Below are positions 15,928 through 22,971 of a DNA stretch of 47,343 nucleotides, in pieces. Made by a program: the position numbers and the translations under genes. The DNA is from Minisyncoccia bacterium (lineage in GTDB: Bacteria > Patescibacteriota > Minisyncoccia > JACQLN01): positions 1-47,343 of the forward strand of contig JBASTM010000014.1 in assembly GCA_049274895.1 (NCBI GenBank), written 5' to 3'. The stretch's first letter is position 1, and each line of letters opens with the position of its first letter. The notes beneath the pieces were generated by a model, which made no database searches, had not been told where the DNA came from, and saw only the letters and a program-made list of their open reading frames with translations.

Positions 15928-15958
15928 CCCGCGCTTTGAAAAAGGCGCGGGATTTTAT
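15928..15958 (+). terminator. Intrinsic terminator CCCGCGC...GCGCGGG + T-rich tail
   Basis: 7-bp GC stem 15928-15934 / 15945-15951, followed by ATTTTATTT. Confidence 0.6.
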
Positions 15959-15969
15959 TTATCGGAAAG

Positions 15970-15978
15970 TGTTATAAT
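15970..15978 (+). promoter_or_regulatory. Extended -10 element TGTTATAAT, 7 nt upstream of the ATG (leaderless-type)
   Basis: TG 15970-15971, TATAAT 15973-15978, ATG 15986. No SD. Confidence 0.5.
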
Positions 15979-15985
15979 ATATATA

Positions 15986-17305
15986 ATGTTTGAGAATCCT
16001 TTAACCTTACCATTAACGGTGTTCGGTTTTATATGGCAGCAGTTTTGGGTGTGGGGCTGGCTGGCCTTGCCGCTCTTGTTGGCGCCGTTGATTTGGAGAG
16101 CTTGGATATACTACATCCGCATCCGCACCATGCGCAAGTTCAAATGGGTGATGCTGGAATTGCGCCTGCCGTCGGATGTGGAAAAAACACCTTTAGCCAT
16201 GGAGCAGGTTTTGGCGATCATGCACAGCACGTTTTTTCCGGGCAGTTGGTGGAAACGCTATATAGAGGGCCGGGTGCAGGAATGGTTCAGTTTGGAAATG
16301 ACTTCTTTTGAAGGCGAGCTTCATTTTTATTTGCGTACCATCGCTCATTTCAGGAATATGATTGAGGCCGCCATCTATTCCCAGTATCCCCAGGCGGAAA
16401 TTTTTGAAGTGGAGGATTATACCGTCAACGTGCCTATGTTCGTGCCCAACGAAACCCATGATCTTTTCGGCAGTGAATTCAAATTGGCCCGCGAAGACGC
16501 CTATCCCATCCGAACTTACGAAGCTTTTGAGTTTAAGGCCGAAAGCCGAGAGGGCATGTCCAATATTTCCAATGTGGATCCTTTGGCCGGCGTGGTGGAA
16601 ACTATGGCTAAACTTCGCGAAGGCGAACAGGCTTGGATCCAGTTTGGCATTCTGCCGGTTGGCGACGATTGGAAAAAGGAGGGCGATAAGGTGGCCCTAA
16701 AGTTGGTGGGGCGGCCCAAAAAAGAGGATCCCCAGGGCTCGTACACCTTGGCGCTTCTTAAAAAGGAACTCTCCGACATTGCCGCCGGCGCGGCCCAGGC
16801 GCCCTTTAAGGCGCCGGAATTTGAACCGTTTCAATTTGGCCCACCGTCCAGCGATCCCAAGCAACCTCATTCCTTGATGCAGTTTTTAACCTCGGGCGAG
16901 AAGGAGATTTTGGAGGGGGTGGAGAAAAAAATCGCCAAAGTCGGATTTAACTCCATGATCCGCGTGGTTTATATCGCCAAAAAAGAGGTCTATAACATAC
17001 CCACATTTTTTCAGGTTAGCTCGGGTTTTAACCAATTCAACACCCAAAATTTGAACGCCATCAAACGCGACAATAAAACCATAACCGCGGGCAAATTTCC
17101 GTTTAAGAAAATAAAAGAGATGCAAAAAAAGAGGTGGTTGCTTTTCAAGTACCGATTAAGGTTTAAGCCGGCCACGATGTTTGTTTTGAACATTGAGGAA
17201 CTGGCCAGCTTGTTTCATTTCCCCGGCCGGGTGGTGGCGGCTCCCACCTTGCCCCGAGTCGGGGCCAAGAAAGGCGAACCGCCGGCCGGTTTGCCCAGCT
17301 ACTGA
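15986..17305 (+). CDS. Membrane protein (two N-terminal TMs plus a large soluble domain), hypothetical; partner of the downstream ATPase
   Basis: Internal ATG at 15986 of track ORF 15911..17305; the upstream part spans a terminator hairpin. FGFIWQQFWVWGWLALPLLLAPLIW is hydrophobic. Confidence 0.65.
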   Translation: MFENPLTLPLTVFGFIWQQFWVWGWLALPLLLAPLIWRAWIYYIRIRTMRKFKWVMLELRLPSDVEKTPLAMEQVLAIMHSTFFPGSWWKRYIEGRVQEWFSLEMTSFEGELHFYLRTIAHFRNMIEAAIYSQYPQAEIFEVEDYTVNVPMFVPNETHDLFGSEFKLAREDAYPIRTYEAFEFKAESREGMSNISNVDPLAGVVETMAKLREGEQAWIQFGILPVGDDWKKEGDKVALKLVGRPKKEDPQGSYTLALLKKELSDIAAGAAQAPFKAPEFEPFQFGPPSSDPKQPHSLMQFLTSGEKEILEGVEKKIAKVGFNSMIRVVYIAKKEVYNIPTFFQVSSGFNQFNTQNLNAIKRDNKTITAGKFPFKKIKEMQKKRWLLFKYRLRFKPATMFVLNIEELASLFHFPGRVVAAPTLPRVGAKKGEPPAGLPSY

Positions 17306-17343
17306 TAGGACCTATAAGTCCTATTGGTCCTATAAGACCTGTT
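17306..17343 (+). repeat. 9-nt periodic tandem repeat family R2 (TATAAGNCC-like), copy 1
   Basis: TAGGACC TATAAGTCC TATTGGTCC TATAAGACC, filling the whole stop-to-start gap. Other copies at 27860 and 33820. Confidence 0.8.
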
Positions 17344-19146
17344 ATGGATAACAACCAAGTAACACTATTCGCCGAAACCAATTTCCGCAACGCCAAGCGG
17401 CGCTTTGGCATTAAAGAAGACGATCGCCGCCGCCATATGTACATCATCGGCAAAACCGGCATGGGCAAGACCACCATGCTGGAGAATATGATCATTTCCG
17501 ACATCATCCACGGTAAGGGCGTGGGTTTTATAGATCCGCACGGCGATTCGGCCGATAAAATTTTGGATTTCGTGCCGCCGGAAAGGGTCAAAGACGTAAT
17601 TTATTTTGACCCTTCGGATCTCGATCGCCCCATTGCTTTTAACGCCATAGAAAATGTGGAGCCGGAGAAAAAACACCTGGTGGCTTCGGGTTTGATGGGC
17701 GTGTTCAAAAAAATCTGGCCCGATGTTTGGTCGGCCCGGATGGAATATATCTTAAACAACACCATTTTGGCCTTGTTGGATTATCCCGGCGCCACTGTTT
17801 TGGGCATTATGCGGATGCTGTCTAATAAAGATTACCGCAAACAGGTGGTGGATCAGGTCAAGGATCCGGTGGTCAAATCGTTTTGGGTGGATGAGTTTGC
17901 CAAATATACCGACCGTTTTGCGGCCGAGGCCACGCCGGCCATCCAAAACAAAGTCGGGCAGTTTCTTTCGGCCGCGGTCATCCGCAACATTGTGGGTCAA
18001 GTTAAAAGCGCTATGGATATGAGAGCGATAATGGATGAAGGCAAGATTTTAATAATGAACCTGTCCAAAGGGCGAATCGGCGAGGACAATTCCAAACTGT
18101 TGGGCGGGCTGTTGGTGACCAAATTGCAGCTGGCCGCGATGAGCCGGGTGGATATTCCCGAAGCAGAGCGCCGCGATTTTTATTTGTACGTGGACGAGTT
18201 CCAGAATTTTGCCACCGAGTCTTTTGCCAACATTCTTTCCGAGGCCAGAAAATACCGCCTGGCGCTGGTTTTAGCCAATCAATACGTGGCCCAACTGATT
18301 CAAAGCGTGGCTGGCAGTAGAAGCACGGCTGTGCGCGACGCCATTTTTGGCAACGTGGGCACTATCATATCTTTCCGGGTGGGCGCCGAGGACGCCGAAT
18401 TTTTGGAAAAAGAATTCGCCCCGGAGTTTACGGCCGTGGATGTGGTCAATTTGGCCAAGTACAATATCTATTTGAAACTGATGATAGACGGCGTGGCCTC
18501 GCGCGCTTTTTCGGCCACCACCTTGTCGCCTTACCCCCGGCCGGCCACGAGCTATCGGAAGGATATTATCAAACATTCCCGGGATACTTACGGCACGCCA
18601 CGGGAAGATGTGGAAGCGGAAATTGCCGAATGGGCTGGCGTGGGCGAGCTGGTGCCCGCCAGGATCCGGGAAAAAAGATCGGAGAGGGCCGCTGTTTTCG
18701 GGTCAGCCGCCGCGGTTTCGGACAACGCCGGTTCCGTTAAAAACTTTCCGCCGCGGTTTGACGCGGCGGGCTCGCCGGCTTTGTCGCCAGACAAAACCCG
18801 CTCGCCGTCGGGCCAGCCCCACTCCACTGAAGTTCCGCGGGGCAAGCAGATGTTTGAGGCCGTTTGCTGGGAAGGCGGCGAAAAAGTTTGGGTGCCTTTT
18901 AAGCCCGACGGCGTGCGCCCCATCTACTGCAAGGATCATCTGTATAAATTAAGCGAGGTCAAGCAAAAGTTGATGACGGATCAGTATAAACCCACCAGCT
19001 TGCGAGATGCCTTAGAGCAGGGGGGGATTGTTGATAATCTTGGCGGCGCAGCCAGGCCTCACAAGAAAAAAAGTAAACCTAAAGGCCCGCCGGCCGACCT
19101 CGAAGGTTTGCGTTCTCTCTTATCTGATATTAAACCCACTCCTTGA
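17344..19146 (+). CDS. Type IV coupling protein-like (TraD/TraG/VirD4-type) P-loop ATPase lacking an N-terminal TM domain
   Basis: 600 aa. Walker A GKTGMGKT, Walker B LYVDEFQNF, ARKYRLALVLANQYVAQL. C-terminal degenerate zinc-ribbon-like motif FEAVCWEGGEKVWVPFKPDGVRPIYCKDH. Confidence 0.7.
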   Translation: MDNNQVTLFAETNFRNAKRRFGIKEDDRRRHMYIIGKTGMGKTTMLENMIISDIIHGKGVGFIDPHGDSADKILDFVPPERVKDVIYFDPSDLDRPIAFNAIENVEPEKKHLVASGLMGVFKKIWPDVWSARMEYILNNTILALLDYPGATVLGIMRMLSNKDYRKQVVDQVKDPVVKSFWVDEFAKYTDRFAAEATPAIQNKVGQFLSAAVIRNIVGQVKSAMDMRAIMDEGKILIMNLSKGRIGEDNSKLLGGLLVTKLQLAAMSRVDIPEAERRDFYLYVDEFQNFATESFANILSEARKYRLALVLANQYVAQLIQSVAGSRSTAVRDAIFGNVGTIISFRVGAEDAEFLEKEFAPEFTAVDVVNLAKYNIYLKLMIDGVASRAFSATTLSPYPRPATSYRKDIIKHSRDTYGTPREDVEAEIAEWAGVGELVPARIREKRSERAAVFGSAAAVSDNAGSVKNFPPRFDAAGSPALSPDKTRSPSGQPHSTEVPRGKQMFEAVCWEGGEKVWVPFKPDGVRPIYCKDHLYKLSEVKQKLMTDQYKPTSLRDALEQGGIVDNLGGAARPHKKKSKPKGPPADLEGLRSLLSDIKPTP

Positions 19147-19181
19147 TGACATTTTAGACAAAAAATGTTACCAAATGGGTT

Positions 19182-20339
19182 ATGAATAATCTAAATGGTG
19201 TGAAGGCGTGCCTTGAGCGACTTGTCCCGAGCCATGTTGAGGGAAGTCGAAGGGTTTTTGTAGCTATGAGCGGAGGAGTTGACTCGTCCGTGGCCGCGGC
19301 GTTGCTTAAAGATCAAGGTTACGATGTGACGGGGGTGTTCATGAAAAACTGGGCCGACCCGGCTTGGCCTTGCCCGTGGCAGGAAGATCGCCAAGATGCC
19401 CTGCGGGTTTGTATAAAACTCGGCATTCCTTTTGAAACTTTTGATTTTACCCGCGAATACAAGGCCAAAGTGGTGGATTATATGATCCGCGAATATGCCT
19501 TGGGCCGCACGCCTAACCCCGACGTGATGTGCAACAAAGAAATAAAGTTCGGGTTGTTTTTTGACAAGGCGCTGGCAATGGGCGCGGATTTTATTGCCAC
19601 AGGGCACTATGCCCGCCTGCGGCGGAATGACCAAATCCCAAATCCCAAATCCCAAATAAATCCTAAACTACAAACTACAAACTACAAACTACTGACTGCA
19701 AAAGATAAGAACAAAGATCAATCCTACTTTCTCTGGACATTAAAGCAAGAACAACTGGCCAGGTGTTTGTTTCCCATTGGTGAGTTTGAATCCAAGGCCC
19801 AGGTCCGCGCCGTCGCGGCCGAATATAATCTACCCACGGCCGACAAAAAAGATTCGCAGGGTATTTGTTTTATGGGGCCGGTGGATGTTCAAGAGTTTAT
19901 TAGACCCCATGTCAGTCAGATTGCGGGCGCGATTGTAACCACGTCTGGCCAGAAGGTTGGCGCGCACGCCGGTTTGGATTTTTACACCATCGGCCAAAGA
20001 AAAGGCATTGGCGTGGGCGGTACCGGGCCGTATTACGTGGCCCACAAAGATTACAAATCAAATACTTTGGTGGTGGCGCCGGCTGATAATCCATCGGCTT
20101 TGGAATCCAATTCTCTGGCGGCCGATGAGGTGTCGTTTATTGGCGCGGAGCCGGCCGACAGGGCCCAAGTCCAAGCCGCCATCCGCTATCGCCAGGAACC
20201 TGTTCCGGCTATTTTGCGAAGAATAGAAAATGGAAAATGGAAAGTAGAATTCGAAATCCCGGTCCGCGCCGCCGCTCCCGGCCAGTCGGTGGTGTTTTAC
20301 AATGGCGAGGAACTCTTGGGCGGAGGGGTCATTCAGTAA
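19182..20339 (+). CDS. mnmA: tRNA-specific 2-thiouridylase MnmA
   Basis: 385 aa. PP-loop VAMSGGVDSSVAA, GHYAR, KDQSYFL, DSQGICF. Carries a 63-nt heptad-repeat insertion. The start could be further downstream. Confidence 0.9.
   Translation: MNNLNGVKACLERLVPSHVEGSRRVFVAMSGGVDSSVAAALLKDQGYDVTGVFMKNWADPAWPCPWQEDRQDALRVCIKLGIPFETFDFTREYKAKVVDYMIREYALGRTPNPDVMCNKEIKFGLFFDKALAMGADFIATGHYARLRRNDQIPNPKSQINPKLQTTNYKLLTAKDKNKDQSYFLWTLKQEQLARCLFPIGEFESKAQVRAVAAEYNLPTADKKDSQGICFMGPVDVQEFIRPHVSQIAGAIVTTSGQKVGAHAGLDFYTIGQRKGIGVGGTGPYYVAHKDYKSNTLVVAPADNPSALESNSLAADEVSFIGAEPADRAQVQAAIRYRQEPVPAILRRIENGKWKVEFEIPVRAAAPGQSVVFYNGEELLGGGVIQ
19631..19693 (+). repeat. Nine consecutive heptanucleotide units (CCAAATC x3-4, AACTACA x3-4) inside mnmA
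   Basis: Counted directly: 63 nt = 21 codons, in frame. Encodes PNPKSQINPKLQTTNYKLL. Confidence 0.85.
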
Positions 20340-20382
20340 TTTTCTTTGTTCTTTTTTCATCATCTTTCACCATCCTTCGTTT

Positions 20383-20416
20383 ATACCACGAGCATACGAT
20401 CGTATGCTCGTGGTAT
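20383..20416 (+). terminator. 34-nt perfect palindrome (family R6, core GAGCATACGATCGTATGCTC) after mnmA
   Basis: ATACCACGAGCATACGA/TCGTATGCTCGTGGTAT followed by TTAT. Confidence 0.7.
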
Positions 20417-20419
20417 TTA

Positions 20420-20445
20420 TAGTATAATCAGATAGTATAATCAGA
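20420..20445 (+). promoter_or_regulatory. Tandem 13-nt duplication TAGTATAATCAGA x2, each copy carrying a TATAAT box
   Basis: Copies at 20420-20432 and 20433-20445, about 35 nt upstream of the ATG at 20479. Confidence 0.5.
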
Positions 20446-20478
20446 AAGATGTAGTCAAATAGTACAGCTAAATCGGAT

Positions 20479-21051
20479 ATGCCTAATTTAGGGAAGAATA
20501 TTCATCGTTTAGGTCCAAATCAACAAAAAGTTATTTTATTGATCTCTGCTGGTGTTGGGCTAAGTCTGGCGAAATCACCCAAACAATATTTTAGGGTGCT
20601 TAAGGAAGTTGGATGGGAATGGCAAAAAATAAACAAACATTCTTTGGAAAAGGCGGTCCGTTCTTTGTATAGATCAAGGTTAATCCGCGAATCAGAAAAC
20701 CCTGATGGTTCTTTGACCATGGTACTAACTGACAAAGGTAAAGATAAAATTATCACTTTTAATATAGATAATATAAAAATCAAGAAGCCCAAAGTATGGG
20801 ACAAAAAGTGGCGTATGGTAGTATTCGATATTCCTGAAAAGAAAAGAGCGGCCCGGGATGCTTTAAGAGAGACTTTAAAGAGGGTAGGTTTTTATGAATA
20901 TCAAAAAAGTGTTTTAGTTTACCCTTATCCCTGCCAGGATGAACTGGATTATTTAATTGAATACTACAATATTAGACCCTATGTTAGAATTGTTACTGCT
21001 GTGGAACTGGATAATGAACTTCATCTTAAGAAAATCTTTAGTGTACCCTGA
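20479..21051 (+). CDS. PaaX-like / Cas2-fold domain protein (winged-helix N-terminus plus WDxxWR-VVFDIPE domain)
   Basis: 190 aa. KVWDKKWRMVVFDIPEKKRAARDALRETLKRVGFYEYQKSVLVYP matches the PaaX C-terminal/Cas2-like pattern. Visibly AT-richer than its neighbours. Confidence 0.6.
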   Translation: MPNLGKNIHRLGPNQQKVILLISAGVGLSLAKSPKQYFRVLKEVGWEWQKINKHSLEKAVRSLYRSRLIRESENPDGSLTMVLTDKGKDKIITFNIDNIKIKKPKVWDKKWRMVVFDIPEKKRAARDALRETLKRVGFYEYQKSVLVYPYPCQDELDYLIEYYNIRPYVRIVTAVELDNELHLKKIFSVP

Positions 21052-21076
21052 GCATACGATCGTATGCTCAGGGTAC
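21043..21076 (+). repeat. 34-nt perfect palindrome (family R6), containing the stop codon of the PaaX-like gene
   Basis: GTACCCTGAGCATACGA/TCGTATGCTCAGGGTAC. Same 20-nt core as 20383-20416. Confidence 0.8.
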
Positions 21077-21136
21077 GATTATTGTACGCTCATTGGGGTT
21101 TTTCTTTTTTTGGTTTTTTCGCTAATATAAGAAGCA

Positions 21137-22855
21137 ATGAATTCACAGGAAATCCGCCAAAAGTTTCTCAAGTTTTTTGAATCGCGAGGGCATAAAGTGG
21201 TGCCGTCGTCGTCTTTAGTTCCCACCGATCCTTCGGTGCTTTTAACCACGGCCGGGATGCAGCAGTTTAAGCCGTATTTTACGGGCGAGAAGGATCCGGT
21301 GGCCGATTTTGGTTCCAAAAACACGGTTTCCGTGCAAAAATCGTTTCGCACCTCCGACATAGACGAAGTCGGCGACGAATCACACCTTACCTTTTTTGAG
21401 ATGTTGGGCAACTTTAGTTTCGGCGGTTATTGGAAAGAGGAAGCGATCAAATATGCTTATGAGTTTATTACCCAAGAATTGAATTTTGTTATTGATTACG
21501 TCAGTGTTTTCCGGGGTGATTCAGAAGTTCCAGCCGACAGCGAATCCGAATCTATTTGGAGTTCGCTCGGCATTACCGATATCAGAAAAGCCGGCCGTGA
21601 GGACAATTTTTGGGGCCCGACCGGCGCGGAGGGTCCCTGCGGCCCAACTACGGAAATATACATAAACGGTGTGGAGATTTGGAATTTAGTCTTCAACGAA
21701 TACTACTGCAAGCCCGATAAAACTTTAGAGCCGTTAAAAATCAAAGGCGTGGACACCGGCATGGGCCTGGATCGGCTAGCGGCCGCGGTCCAAAACAAAA
21801 AAAACATCTTCGAGACGGATCTTTTCCAGCCAATTTTAAAAATCCTGCCCGAGATCATAGATTCTCGCCATCGCAGAATCACAGCCGATCATCTGCGAGC
21901 CTCGGTGTTTCTTTTGGCCGACGGCGTAATACCATCCAATAAAGATCGTGGTTATGTTTTACGCCGTCTACTGCGGCGAGTCTTCGCTTACGAACATATC
22001 TATAAACTTTCACCTCAAGTTTTTGAGTCTGTAATCATTTCGGTTATAGATAATTACGGATTTTTTTATTCGGAACTTGCTAATCAAAAAGATAATATTA
22101 TAAATAATTATTTTTTGGAATGGGAAAAGTCTAAGAATGCTTTGGAAAATGGGATTAAGAAAATTTTTGAATTTGATAAAATTGATGCTCCGATCGCTTT
22201 TAACCTGCATCAAACATTTGGTATTACATATGACATTATAAAAGAAGTTGGTGGTGTTAAAGCGGAAAGTTTGACTCCAGAAGATTTTGAAGCCGAGTTT
22301 AGAAAACATCAAGAAATTTCCCGGGCCGGAGCGGAAAAAAAGTTCGGCGGACATGGCATCACCGAAGGGGATCTCACCGCGGCTAATCTGGAGGAATTAA
22401 AAATAAAAACACGTTTGCACACCGCCACCCATTTATTAAACGCGGCTTTGCATAGGGTTCTGGGTGATCAGGTTTCACAAAGAGGTTCCGATATTACAGC
22501 CGAGCGCACCCGGTTTGATTTTTCTTTTAACAGGAAGCTGATGCCCGAGGAAATTAAGCGGGTGGAGGATTTGGTCAACGGTGCCATTGCCGAGAATTAT
22601 CCGGTAACAGCCGAGGTTATGGACCTCGCCGACGCCAAAAAATCCGGCGCGCTCTATTTTGGTGGGGTTAGTTACCCGGATCGGGTCAAAGTTTATTCCA
22701 TAGGTAATTCCTCGACAAGCTCGGAACCTCCTTTTAGTCGGGAGCTTTGCGGCGGGCCGCACGTCGAACGAACGGGCGAGCTGGGAAAATTCCGTATTAT
22801 CAAAGAGGCAGCCTCATCGGCTGGGATCAGGCGGATCAGAGCGGTTGTGGAATAG
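21137..22855 (+). CDS. alaS: Alanyl-tRNA synthetase, short form (catalytic + tRNA-binding + editing domains, no C-Ala domain)
   Basis: 572 aa. N-terminus IRQKFLKFFESRGHKVVPSSSLVP, FEMLGNFSFG, editing-domain HTATHLL and CGGPHV. Ends right after the editing domain. Confidence 0.9.
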   Translation: MNSQEIRQKFLKFFESRGHKVVPSSSLVPTDPSVLLTTAGMQQFKPYFTGEKDPVADFGSKNTVSVQKSFRTSDIDEVGDESHLTFFEMLGNFSFGGYWKEEAIKYAYEFITQELNFVIDYVSVFRGDSEVPADSESESIWSSLGITDIRKAGREDNFWGPTGAEGPCGPTTEIYINGVEIWNLVFNEYYCKPDKTLEPLKIKGVDTGMGLDRLAAAVQNKKNIFETDLFQPILKILPEIIDSRHRRITADHLRASVFLLADGVIPSNKDRGYVLRRLLRRVFAYEHIYKLSPQVFESVIISVIDNYGFFYSELANQKDNIINNYFLEWEKSKNALENGIKKIFEFDKIDAPIAFNLHQTFGITYDIIKEVGGVKAESLTPEDFEAEFRKHQEISRAGAEKKFGGHGITEGDLTAANLEELKIKTRLHTATHLLNAALHRVLGDQVSQRGSDITAERTRFDFSFNRKLMPEEIKRVEDLVNGAIAENYPVTAEVMDLADAKKSGALYFGGVSYPDRVKVYSIGNSSTSSEPPFSRELCGGPHVERTGELGKFRIIKEAASSAGIRRIRAVVE

Positions 22856-22890
22856 GCAATGTGTTGTGAATGTTGTATAGTTAGAATTAA

Positions 22891-22966
22891 ATATGCGAAT
22901 AACGAATAAACGCGAATATTACGAATAATTTATTCGTAATATTCGAACAGATTCGCCATTCGCATA
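22891..22966 (+). repeat. R1-related long imperfect palindrome with a perfect 31-nt core (22914-22944)
   Basis: GAATATTACGAATAA-T-TTATTCGTAATATTC, flanked by ATGCGAAT...ATTCGCAT. Confidence 0.8.
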
Positions 22967-22971
22967 AAATT

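Noticed and set aside
15911-15985. TTG start at 15911 for the membrane protein ORF.
   Set aside because: The extension runs through two terminator-type hairpins and the TGTTATAAT box. The ATG at 15986 begins the hydrophobic N-terminus.
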